Shown here: positions 44,079-55,219 of the stretch, piece by piece | Layout of the letters: every line of letters begins with the position of its first letter | Position numbering within the stretch: position 1 is the first letter of the stretch | Assembly (NCBI GenBank): GCA_964019425.1 | Contig: OZ025806.1 | Coordinates: 62,001 to 126,000, forward strand | Length of the DNA stretch: 64,000 bases | Direction of reading: 5' to 3' | From: Flectonema sp. DT1601 | Lineage: Eukaryota | The notes under the pieces: model-generated | Database searches by the model: none | What the model saw: the letters and a program-made list of their open reading frames with translations, nothing else | Told to the model about the DNA's origin: nothing | Translations under genes and position numbers: made by a program

Positions 44079-44228
44079 TCTATTTTGATGTTATTGTGTT
44101 TTTACAACAAAAAATACATAAAAAAAATAAAAAACTTCCAATTGAAGTGAGTAAGTTCCTACTAATCAACGGCAGTGAACTCGAAAAATCAATATAAAAA
44201 AAGATTAATCGAATGTTTCACTGCAATC

Positions 44229-46083
44229 TTATCCTCAGCATCCGGCTTGTTCGGCGGAAACACCACTGGACTTGGTCTGTGTTGTAGGTGTTTTTATTTG
44301 TTTTTTTTTATTGTATGGCAACAAAATATAATTAAGATTAACATACTGTAGTGAGAGTGGTCATCATTTCAGCCACTGTTGGATGAATACCAACGGTGTC
44401 GTCAAAGTGTTGTTTGGTGGCACCAGCACGCATAGCAACAGCAACTCCCTGAAGAACTTCTCCTGCATTTGGACAACAAATATGGAATCCGATAACGCGT
44501 TCATTAGCATCCAAGTCGGTAATTATTTTAATGTAACAAGCGTTAGTTGGTTTCTGTGGTACTGTCCACTCAAGAGGAGTGAAGTACGAATGGTAGACTT
44601 CGATGTTCTTATACTTTGCAGCAGCATCCTCTTCACTGTAACCACACACACCATACTCAAGTGGAGTAAAGACAGTAGTTGCGACGTTACCGTAGTCCAT
44701 TAGCTGAGTCTTCTTGTTGTACAATCTGTTAGCTAAGTATCTACCACTCTGAATAGCAACAGGTGTGAGTTCCAATCCGCCTTCAATCACATCTCCGATA
44801 GCATAGATGTGAGATGCCGAGGTTCGCTCCCCGGCGTCGACGATAATTCTTCCACTGCGTTCGTGCGTCTTCACACCTGCGGCTTCCAAATTAATAGCTG
44901 CGTCAGGGGCTCTGCCAACAGCGAACAATACATTGTCACATTCTTGAGTAGTTCCATTGCTTAGCTTAACTGATAGTCTACCGTTGTCGTTCTTTACGAC
45001 TTCTGTTGGAGTAGCTCCCTTGATGAAAGTAGTTCCTTCAGATTCCATGTGGTTGACGATGATTTCAGCCATCTGTTGATCAAATCCACGAAGAGGGATT
45101 GATCTCATTAAAACAGTTGTCTTATATCCGAGACCAGTAAGGAAACCAGCACACTCAAGTGCGATGTATGAGGCTCCTACAACTAACGTTTCTCCAGGAG
45201 AATCCTTCAGAGAGAAGACATCGTCAGAAGTAATTCCGTACTCCTTAGCACCAGGAATGTCAGGGTAGTTTGGTCTTCCTCCCATTGCAAGAAGTACTCT
45301 TCTGGCAGTTACATTTTCCTTCTCACCCTTCTTGTTGGTGCATTCGATAGTGTGAGGATCAATAAATCTACCCAAAGCATTCTTGTACTTTACGTTACCA
45401 GTACGAAGTTCTGAAACAGATCCAAAGTTCAAAGACTTGATGTGCATTTGAATGTTCTGACGAACAGAGTCCCAGTCAGCTGGTGCTACTTTTGACATCG
45501 ATTCGTCAGCACCAAAGTATGGAGAGTGAGTGATGGTGTCTCTGGTCAAAGCGGCAGTGTGGAATAACTTCTTTGGAATACAACCGACGTTTACACAAGT
45601 TCCTCCAAATCCCCATTTGGTTCCAATTGGTGATGGCTTTACGAAGTCAAGACAGCATACTCGAGGTGGGATTCCAGAGTCTTTAGGAGTAAGAAGCTCT
45701 GCTGCAGCCTTGGAGGTTGCCATACCTCCTGAACCACCACCGACGACGATTAAATCGAAGTCGTAGCTGTGCTCTTCAGGCTCGTCATTGTCAACAGTCT
45801 TGTAGTCAGACTGGTCCTGTTCAGCTTGAGCAACGTACGAGAGTGTGTCATCACATCCTCCTAAGAACTTACCGTCTTTAGTTACAAGAGGACTAGTGGT
45901 GTGAGTGACTCCTAATTTCCCACTGGCATCACCAACCCAACCTCTGAATGCATCTCTAGCCATAGTATTAACATCAACAGTGAATTGACCAGGGAACTTT
46001 GTTTCCAAAGCCTTTGCTGCCTGAGCAGCTCTGGCATGAAATCCACAACCATCCCATCCTGAGATTACTATTGTTGTTGGCAT
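44229..46083 (-). CDS. Selenoprotein thioredoxin reductase with N-terminal glutaredoxin-like domain (TGR-like); join(46083..44347, 44276..44229), Sec TGA at 44235-44237
   Basis: GGGSGG, GGTCVNVGCIPKK, VGASYIALECAGFL, GIHPTVAE; Grx-like CGFH...TSP...FLGGCDD; spliced exon 2 reads TKSSGVSAEQAGC-TGA-GGA-TAA. Confidence 0.93.
44277..44346 (-). other. Spliceosomal intron, 70 nt, phase 0
   Basis: ACA|GTATGT...ACCTACAACACAG|ACC; removal restores the conserved TrxR tail. Confidence 0.92.
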
Positions 46084-46950
46084 CGTAGAATAAGATCTGA
46101 ACTGATGTGTTTGCGGTTTGATAAATTGAAATCCGTTCTCTCGATAACCAGAAGTTAGTTTACGGAGAAGTCTGCGACCAAAGAGAGCCACTTCCTAAAA
46201 CAATCTGAAGGGGGGGTAACTTGATATTAATATTAAATAGAAAACAATTTCAAACTGGCAAAAAAAAAAAACGAATATAGAATTGTCGTACCTGTTTGAA
46301 AAGGGGTGAAACAGTTTTAGTTTTCGACCATAACATCTTTATAATAAAACACAAATAACTTATTAACTTAAAGTGGTTCTTTCTTTGGTTTTTTGCAGCC
46401 CAAAGAACACAGGAAGTCAAAATCAATTGCACTACCTTCAGGTGCCCAAGTGCAAGCTTTACTAAGGTCAACATGAGAAATTCTTTTGTATGTGAGGCAA
46501 GTAAAAGATTCCCGTTCTTTTTTTTTTTTTTTCTTTTTTTTTTTTCCCCCAAGCAAACAAACAATAATCTCTTTTTACTTTAAAAAAAAGTTTCAATGTT
46601 AGCTAAGCCGAGAGACTTTTGAGACCTTAAAAGTCAGTCTTTTTTTATTATTATTATTATTATTTAACTTTCTTAAAAACCAGTACCTCCCGTTTATTGT
46701 CGGTAAATTTCTTTCATAGCATTAAATTAAAAACACAAAGTACTTGACAACTGAAGAATAAAAGCAAATTATTGGGAGAGAGAAGTGTCCTAATAAATAA
46801 CACAGCCAAATGTTCGCTGGACAATGCAATGCTGTACCTTACTATTTTGTTTTCAACCAGTACAAAATCCTAATAAGGTAATAGATAAAGTCACGCTGTC
46901 ACGAGTCTCTTTCTACTATACAGTAGGGTTTTTTGCAGATACAAAAAGAA

Positions 46951-47096
46951 AACCATTCAGATAAAGCCATGTTTTTTATCACAAACAGTAATACTGACAC
47001 AGCACACAAGGGGAAATAGATAACATTTTTTTTTTTCGACATAATTAATAAAACGGCTCTTAATCCGAAATATGTTTTCCTTTTTCCGACTACGTC
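46951..47096. repeat. Dispersed repeat family A, copy 2
   Basis: AACCATTCAGATAAAGCCAT...AAAACGGCTCTTAATCCGAA...TCCGACTACGTC. Confidence 0.85.
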
Positions 47097-47757
47097 ATGC
47101 AAAAAAAAAAAAAAAAACCATTTTTATTGTGTTGTGTGTAACCGATGCAAAGTTCCAATAAAAGAAAACTAATTTAAAGTTACACTTCAGTCTTCGATGG
47201 TTGTCAAATGATAAAAGAGTATCCTGGGGGATGGTAACGATCGACATCTGCTACGAATACAACTAACTATTAAAGTAATTATTTTGAGATAAGATCGAAT
47301 CACCCAAATGAGTACTCCAGAGGACTCAGGACTCAATCCGTAGTAACCCTTAGTGGTAGTATTAATTATTAAGTAGCTTTAAGTAATAAATAGAGGGAGA
47401 TGGGGGGAGTTGGGAATATACTGCAGAAACGGAGAAAACAAAATAAGGCTAGGCATTTTAGTTAGATTACGACAAAGGATTGTTTATTTATCCCTGCGGG
47501 GGAGCAATTGTCATTGAACACCCTCTAGTGAGAGATAAAGTTCCAGTTCTTTTGTTGATCCGAATATTCCAACATCGATTTAAGTCAACACCTGAAATTT
47601 CTTGTCATCGTAGTTTCGAAACAAAATCAAGAACGTATTGAGGAGAAGGTTTATTCTTTTTTATCTTTTGTTCTTTTGGTTGTTCTTTTGTTTTTTTTCA
47701 ACCCCTGCGGAGGCTAAGAAGATTTCTTAACACATCAGAACTCACGAGAGCAGCAGG

Positions 47758-48843
47758 TTATGAAGAAATGACTGGTTGTTCTGCATCCTTGAATTCTTTC
47801 ATTATAGCAGCACTATGAGTCATCTCAAATGTGATGAAATCCCTATCATGAACAGGCTGTGGAAGTTCTTGAGGAGAATCCTGAACTGTCGGAATAGAAA
47901 CTTGAGATGGCGGCGACTGTTGTGAAGGTGAACTCACTTCTGTACGACGTTCAGGAGACTGTGATTGCATTGCTTGTTGTGTAGACATGTCTCTCATCAA
48001 ACTTATGATCGTTTCATCTGATGGAATAGTTGACTTGTATTCACTTCCTTTTAATAATAAATCACCAACTTCCCTACGCTGAGGAGACGCCTCTTCCACT
48101 GCAATACTGCGTTCTGGCTGTAGTTGTTGTTGTGGTTGTTGTGGTTGTTGTGGTTCCACTGGTTCCGGTTGAGGGGCTTTCTCCTCAACTACTTTATTGG
48201 GAGAGGAGTCTCTAGCTGGTACTCTCGCAGGACTCTTGTCTGAAAATATATGTTCTTCTGACATCTTCAAAGTTCCGTAGGCTATAGATCTATCTCCAAA
48301 TATAGAAGTCATCTTCTGTTCGAGTGCTTCACCTTTTATCTTAGCCTTCGTGAATTTAAAAAGTTCATTCAAATATAAAGGAAACTCACTTGGATGAACA
48401 CTATCAAGACTTGACTGGAGGAATTCGAACGCTTGTTCTTTCTGAGGTGATGTTTGTTTCAAATTAAATTCAACTGAGAATCGATACAAACAGAAATACC
48501 GACTCTCATGAGAAGTGTAACAAACTCTTCTACGATCACGAATCGAATAGCTGAATGCTTGACCCTTGATCGGAGAGTAAATACACTCACTCTTACCATG
48601 ATTTCTGTATGTTAAGGCACCATTGGGTTCCATACTGAATAGCATCGGGTCATTCTTTTCTAACATTAATATAAACCTTTCGACTACCCAAGCGTGTTTA
48701 CTACTACTATAGTCCTTACGACGTGACACTACTGTGTACCAATCTCTGTCGAGGAGATCTCCAGCAATTTCTTCCATTGTTTCTTGTAATCCAAGACTTT
48801 GAGCCATGGTACTCAAATTCGGTGACTCTTCGTGTGCTAACAT
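47758..48843 (-). CDS. Hypothetical protein (~361 aa), globular N-terminal half and Q/P/S-rich tail
   Basis: Long ORF on the coding strand; first ATG at 48843 (MLAHEESP); no family recognised. Confidence 0.75.
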   Translation of the reverse strand: MLAHEESPNLSTMAQSLGLQETMEEIAGDLLDRDWYTVVSRRKDYSSSKHAWVVERFILMLEKNDPMLFSMEPNGALTYRNHGKSECIYSPIKGQAFSYSIRDRRRVCYTSHESRYFCLYRFSVEFNLKQTSPQKEQAFEFLQSSLDSVHPSEFPLYLNELFKFTKAKIKGEALEQKMTSIFGDRSIAYGTLKMSEEHIFSDKSPARVPARDSSPNKVVEEKAPQPEPVEPQQPQQPQQQLQPERSIAVEEASPQRREVGDLLLKGSEYKSTIPSDETIISLMRDMSTQQAMQSQSPERRTEVSSPSQQSPPSQVSIPTVQDSPQELPQPVHDRDFITFEMTHSAAIMKEFKDAEQPVISS

Positions 48844-49773
48844 AATGATGTTACCGTAGATTAGGGAAAAGGGGGGAGATACTGAGAACAAAGAAAAAGT
48901 TATTATTCGGTTTGAAAATTGAATTCAGTTTTTTTTTTTTTTTTTGCTAACAACGGTAACACCCTTCAAGTAAACACTACAACAATGTCAGTAGTGTCGC
49001 TCATACATTGTGATTGTTGAGTATAACTGAAGAAGAATAATCTATTTTAAAAAATAAAAGTAAACAAAAAAAAAACAAATAAGAATGAGAATAAGAATAT
49101 CCCACCTACAGGGTGATAGTCTGTCGCGCGAAAAGGAGAACGAAAGAAAAAACCATTGGGGAAATAAAATAACAAAGAATAGAATAGCTTTATAAACATG
49201 CATCGTCAAAGAGGTTCTGCGGAAATTATTTCAGCACTTTGGTCTGTATTACCACTCACAACAAGTTTATTGGTGCCAATCATATTGTTTCCAGATTGAG
49301 AAACAAATATTTATTTTATCAAAGCAAAGCAATACCTTCCACCGAACTAAAGAACAGACTTTCAAATGCAAAAAAAAAATGAAAAAGGGAGCGAAAAGGG
49401 TGTAGTGAATAATGAGAAGGGAGGCAAGCTGGTAAAGTGTGTGTGTGGTTGTTGTGTGTGGTTGTTCTTTCTTTCATTTCTTTTTTTTTTTTTTTTTGGA
49501 TTTTATCCAGTCACTTTCGTAACACGAAAATCTATCTGCAGTCGTTGAGACTCTCACCGAAGAGAAAAGACGCAAGCACATAACGGTTACCAAGACTGCA
49601 TTCACAGGCAGGTACGGCTGATTTCATCATCAATAGTCGGTGGATATCAAAAACAAAATAAAATAAATAATAAAAACAGATGCTTTCAACAAACTGAGTA
49701 GAAATACTCACATTTTCTTTATTTGAAAGCCCCAGTGTGTGTAATCAGTGGATTTTTTTATAAAAAAAAAAAA

Positions 49774-49904
49774 AACCCATTTCCAGATAAAGCCTTATAT
49801 TTCGTTGAACGCAAACAGAATCCTGTCGCATGGGAAATATAAATCATGACATCATGACAGAAATAACGGCTTTCAATCTGAACAGTTTCTTCTCCGACTA
49901 CGTC
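49774..49904. repeat. Dispersed repeat family A, copy 3
   Basis: CCAGATAAAGCC...GGCTTTCAATCTGAACAGTTTCTTCTCCGACTACGTC. Confidence 0.8.
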
Positions 49905-51380
49905 GGTACAACAAAAAAAAAAAAAAAAAACTTTGGGCTTTGACATTTCAAATTCACAGCTATCAAAACACTACTATTGACTTGGTTGTTAGTTCAGATA
50001 TGAAGGGATTGCAAACAGACGAAATTATTCTTTTCTATTTTTTTTTTTTTTTTTTCCATTCAATTATTGCACATCTAACAGCCGGAGTAATAGAGAGTAG
50101 GAAAGAATAAGGGATAGCAAAAATAAGGGAGAAGATGAGGGGGGGAAACGGAAAAGAAAGAAAAGTAGGGCAACAGAGAGAATTGGCAATACAAGAGGGG
50201 AGCTGAGGTGAACCAGCAACAACAACAAAAAGGAAAAAGTAGACTATGAATTTTTTTAATATAATCTCAGATAATGAGCTGGTTTTTTTTATCATAAGTG
50301 TCTACTTAGACGACAGAGTGGTTTTAAATATAAAAAAAAGAAAAAAAAAAACACTTTATAATAAAATTATTAAAATATATATAAAAAAAAAAAAAAAAAA
50401 AGGCAAATCATTGAACACGTCTCACTGCTGAAATAGAATTCAGCAGTGACGAACACAGAAAACAATACCAACAAATACCTTAGCAAAACACTATAAAACA
50501 AGTAAACGGGTTCACGCTGATCAGTGATTTTAAAACACTCGTCGGTAAAGGTACTTTTGGCTAATGATGATAATTTCAGATTGGATAAAAAAAAGTATAT
50601 TCAGCAAAAAAAATGTTGGGGAATATGGCTGGATGGCTGTATATTATTGAGTTATCCTTTTATTTTGTACAAGACAAGAAGACAGTAAAACCTTAGCAAG
50701 AGACAGGTTGATTCTACTTTGAAGTGGAAGAAAAAAAAAAAAAAAAAAAAAAAAAACAACAACAACCCAAACATCATCCAACTGATATCCTCAATTGAGG
50801 AACTTACTTTAATAATCAATAAATACCCATGACTGAATAGGGAGGATTTTTTTTTTTTTTTTTTAATTAGTAAATTCCTCAGAACCCTCAGTATGAATTG
50901 ATATTATATAAAAGATTTATGACGTTCCTACTAAAGATTAAAAAAAACACAACACAGTACCCGAGGTGTGTCTGCTACTCTCATTCTCAGAGACTATATA
51001 AAACAGTCACAAGATACGGGTCGATTTTTTTTTTTTTTTTTTGTGTGTTTTTTTATTTTTTTTATATTCATAGTTACAACAAAGGATAGCTGTTGTTTTT
51101 TTTTTTTTTTTTTTTTTCCTTTGAAAGCGTAAAAAAGCCTTCCTTGAAAACTCCTGCAATCAACAAGAATAAGATTGCAAAATATTAATATCATTTATTT
51201 GATATAATAACGGTAACGGTATGTAATACTAATTAAGAAAACCCCCGAGAGAGTTAATCACGTGTACTATTTAACAAGTAAAGTGACGATAAGCCTCCCA
51301 CTTATAACGACACCCTCGTAATGAAACTGTTTAAAGAGGATGTATTATTCTCGGGTACTTGATCAGTACTACGCCCGTAG

Positions 51381-52046
51381 TCAATGTGATGATATTAAGA
51401 AAAACCCGCAGACGGAGAGCATCGTCCCAGGAAGAATTATGTACCACAGCATTATTAGTCGTCCTCGACCTTCAAAACGAGATTGGACTCCCCTCTCGGG
51501 AGGAGTTGATAATAAAAAAGGAGATAATTGTGACAATGACGAGATCAGGTTTGGTCTTCTTCTTATTGGATTATGAGGACTAGCTAGACGGAAGAATTGA
51601 TTCTCAACTGGTTGGATATTAAATAAGAAAGCCCTAAAGTAAACATCAGCTGCATACAATGTTGAGATAAAGTGTTGTCGTTCTTGACAGAGGAAGTGAC
51701 GAGAGATGGCTTCAATCTTTACCACATCAGAATAAAGTAATAATGACGAGGTACTCACCTCAATTGTTATTTCTGATTGGTTAGTCACTTGAGAATCAAC
51801 AGCAGTTGCTGTACTGCTAATGATCGATTCACAATCACTTATGTTCTGTAATGCTTCTAAACTTGACAGAGAAGAGCTTTCCTTTAAAGTTTCACTCTCA
51901 CTGCTGCTCTTATCACCGACCAGCGATAAGCAACTTTTTACAACCATCCAACGAGTTGAACTGACGCTTCCTTTTTCACACATATCCCAACTGAAGTTAC
52001 TTCCCGTAGACGGTTGTGGCGACTGACAATCGTCTCTTTCCTCCAT
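51381..52046 (-). CDS. Hypothetical Ser-rich protein (221 aa)
   Basis: ATG-initiated ORF on the coding strand without homopolymer tracts; no family recognised. Confidence 0.45.
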   Translation of the reverse strand: MEERDDCQSPQPSTGSNFSWDMCEKGSVSSTRWMVVKSCLSLVGDKSSSESETLKESSSLSSLEALQNISDCESIISSTATAVDSQVTNQSEITIEVSTSSLLLYSDVVKIEAISRHFLCQERQHFISTLYAADVYFRAFLFNIQPVENQFFRLASPHNPIRRRPNLISSLSQLSPFLLSTPPERGVQSRFEGRGRLIMLWYIILPGTMLSVCGFFLISSH

Positions 52047-52790
52047 GTGAGTAACCTGATAACTGATGAAAAGGGAAATATACTTTTGAAAAAAAATATT
52101 TGTTTTTTTTTATCTGGACAGACTGCACTCATCTTTTTGACGTCCTGGTATCACCACGTAATTAAAAAAAAATATATATTTATATCATCCAGAACTTATG
52201 CGCAGATACTACATGTGATCGATGAACGCCCACGTTTTTTTTTTTTTTTATTATATCATTATTTCTTTTTGAAATTTTTTTCTTTCAAAAAATTGGTGGT
52301 ACAAATCGCGCACATAAAAGTGTTGAGCGTGGAGCCCTACGAAAACGTTTTTTTTTTTTTTTTTTCTTCTGTTCAAACTCCTAAGGTTGTTTGAAACACT
52401 ATTCTTTTTCGTTTCTCCGTTAGTTGTTTTTTCTATTCCCTTGACCTTCCTCCGTAGGTTTTGCTTTTTTTTATTTTGCTTTCCCCAGAAAACAAAACAA
52501 CAAAAAGAAAATTCGTAGAAACATCAGGAAACTACATAACGGACACTCACACACACACTGCATGTCATATTTTTCTTTTCAATTTTTTTTTTCATTTTCT
52601 GTTTTTTTTTCCCCCTCCCTCACTTTTTTTTTTTTTTTTTTTTTTCAGATTTTTTTTTTTATAAGCTCTCCACAGAACAATAGGTATATATCAGCCATGA
52701 AGGTTCCCCGTTGAGGGAAAGAGGGTGGGAAAAAAAAAAAAAAAAAAAAAAAAAAATGTACGTTTACGAAAAATGAACCGGAAGATTCAT

Positions 52791-54389
52791 CTACAGAGGA
52801 ATGTTGCCATGCTTCTTCCAAGGGTTCGTCGATTGCTTGTTTTTTAATCTCTCGAGATCTTCGCATATCTGTTTTTTTTTTTTTGTTGTTTGAGTTAAAA
52901 GTGAACATGAAAAAATAATAAAAACTAAAATCAATAAAAAAAAACATACCAAACGACGAGTGTCAGACGGTTTAATGACCGCATCGATGTATCCCTTCTT
53001 CGCAGCCTCAGTTGGAGTACAGAACTTTGCCTGGTATTCATCGATCTTACCCGGAAGTTGATCAGAGTCAAGTTTTCTGTGAATGATTTCACAAGCACCC
53101 TTAGCACCCATTACAGCTACTTCTGCTGTTGGCCAAGCGTAGTTCATATCACCTCTGATGTGCTTTGAGGACATAACATCGTAGGCACCTCCATAAGCCT
53201 TTCTTGTGATTACGGTAATCTTTGGAACAGTTGCTTCGCAGTATGCGTACAATAGTTTAGCCCCATGGCGGATAATTCCATTCCACTCCTGACCAGTACC
53301 TGGAAGGAATCCAGGAACGTCTACGTATGTTATGATTGGAATATTAAAGGCATCAGCAAATCTTACAAATCTAGCAGCCTTTGAAGAAGAATCAATGTCC
53401 AACACACCAGCATTGTGTTTAGGCTGGTTGGCAATGACTGCTACAGTCTTTCCTTCCATTCTACCAAATCCACAGACGATGTTTTTAGCATATTTCGGTT
53501 GAATTTCGTACCAAGAACCCTCATCCAAAATAGGAATAACCACATCCTTTATATCATAAGCGGTAGTGCTCTCTGGTGGGATGACTGTGTCTAGAACAGT
53601 AAGGTCTCTGTCTCTCGGGTCTTGACATTCATACTGTGGAGGTGATTCTTTATTATTCAGTGGCAAGTACGAATAAAATGATCTCAGATTCTGAAGAGCT
53701 GTCAGCTCATTCTCAAATGAACCGTGACAGACACCAGACTTAGATTCGTGAGCAGTCGATCCTCCCAACTCTTCTTTTGTTACATCTTCGAATGTGACGG
53801 TTTTGACTACTTCAGGTCCAGTGACGAACATGAAACTGTTATTTTGAACCATAAAAGTAAAATCTGTCAACGCTGGACTGTAAACAGCACCACCAGCACA
53901 CGGTCCCATAATAACTGATATTTGAGGAATTACCCCTGAAGCCATCGTATTACGTAGGAATACATCAGCGTAACCAGCTAACGATGTGATTCCTTCTTGA
54001 ATTCTCGCACCTCCACTGTCGTTGAGACCGACAACTGGGACTCCAACACTGAGAGCTTCGTCCATGATTTTGCACATCTTTGCTGCGTTTGTTCCACTCA
54101 TGGATCCTCCAAGAACCATGAAGTCTTGACTGAAGACATAAACAGGTCTTCCGTGTATCATTCCAGTTCCTGTTATCAATCCGTCACCTGGTGGATGTGT
54201 TTTTCCCAAACCGAAATCATTACAATTGTGAACAACACCAGCATCTCTCTCACGGAAGGAACCAGGGTCACAAAACAGCTCAATTCGCTCTCTCGCTGTT
54301 AACTTGTGTTTTGCGTGTTGTCTATTTACCGCCTTATCACTGGCCGACACGAATCGACGGCTGGCGAATCTCCTTGAAACCAGCATCAT
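52791..54389 (-). CDS. PCCB: Propionyl-CoA carboxylase beta chain, mitochondrial; join(54389..52950, 52868..52791)
   Basis: [76 protein letters not shown]; Arg-rich presequence. Confidence 0.97.
   Translation of the reverse strand: MMLVSRRFASRRFVSASDKAVNRQHAKHKLTARERIELFCDPGSFRERDAGVVHNCNDFGLGKTHPPGDGLITGTGMIHGRPVYVFSQDFMVLGGSMSGTNAAKMCKIMDEALSVGVPVVGLNDSGGARIQEGITSLAGYADVFLRNTMASGVIPQISVIMGPCAGGAVYSPALTDFTFMVQNNSFMFVTGPEVVKTVTFEDVTKEELGGSTAHESKSGVCHGSFENELTALQNLRSFYSYLPLNNKESPPQYECQDPRDRDLTVLDTVIPPESTTAYDIKDVVIPILDEGSWYEIQPKYAKNIVCGFGRMEGKTVAVIANQPKHNAGVLDIDSSSKAARFVRFADAFNIPIITYVDVPGFLPGTGQEWNGIIRHGAKLLYAYCEATVPKITVITRKAYGGAYDVMSSKHIRGDMNYAWPTAEVAVMGAKGACEIIHRKLDSDQLPGKIDEYQAKFCTPTEAAKKGYIDAVIKPSDTRRLVCFFLLILVFIIFSCSLLTQTTKKKKQICEDLERLKNKQSTNPWKKHGNIPL
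52869..52949 (-). other. Intron, 81 nt, phase 0, in-frame and stop-free
   Basis: TTG|GTATGTTTTTTTTT...AAAAAAAAACAG|ATA; removal restores DTRRLICEDL. Confidence 0.92.
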
Positions 54390-54945
54390 CTTACAGAGTT
54401 TTATTCTGATATGTAATTAGAAATTGTTAGAAAACAGAGAATGAGATTTTAGATTCGTGACGTCAGAGTTCTGTAGGTAACTTAATTAGTCTTTAACCAC
54501 ACTCATCAACAACACTACGCACTGCCGAGGTCGGATTCGCAATCGGAGTCCAACTCCCGGTAAAGAAAACTGAAAGGAGGAATAGAACGAAGGAGGGGAT
54601 TTCTCTTTTTATAAAAAATAAAAATAATAAATTTTCTCTTGTTTTTTTGAAAGCTGCGATCGAGGCTCTACCCATAAAAGGTGAAATCCCAACCGGTCTT
54701 CCCAGAGGTAGCACCCACCGTGAAAAAGGCATGGCAAGCTTCCCCTGTTTACGTTTTTTTTTTTTTTTTTTTTTTTTTTTTCAACCTTTTCAGTTTTTTG
54801 ATAAAAACTTTTTTTTTTCTTGAAAAACTATTTTAATCATGATAAGGATTTTGTGTTTATTTATTTTTTTTGTGTTTGAACGCCTCTGTCTATCACTTAC
54901 GTACTAGACAAAAGCACCCTATAGTCTTATGAATAGCTCTGTTGC

Positions 54946-55185
54946 TTACAGAGTCTTAAGTCCCTCAGGGATGTTAAGGGTTCTTGGCTTCTCCCAAGTG
55001 AATCCCTTCTCACTAGTTCTACCAAAGTGACCCATCGACGCGGTCTCGGAGTAGATTGGTCTTCTCAAGTCCAACTCCTTGATGATGTCGTATGGGCGAA
55101 GCTTGAAGTTGGCGTTGATGATCTGTTTTATTGAAAGTTGTTTATTTTAAGGAACAGAATTAATAAACAAAAAAAGAGAGATGAC

Positions 55186-55219
<34 letters not shown>

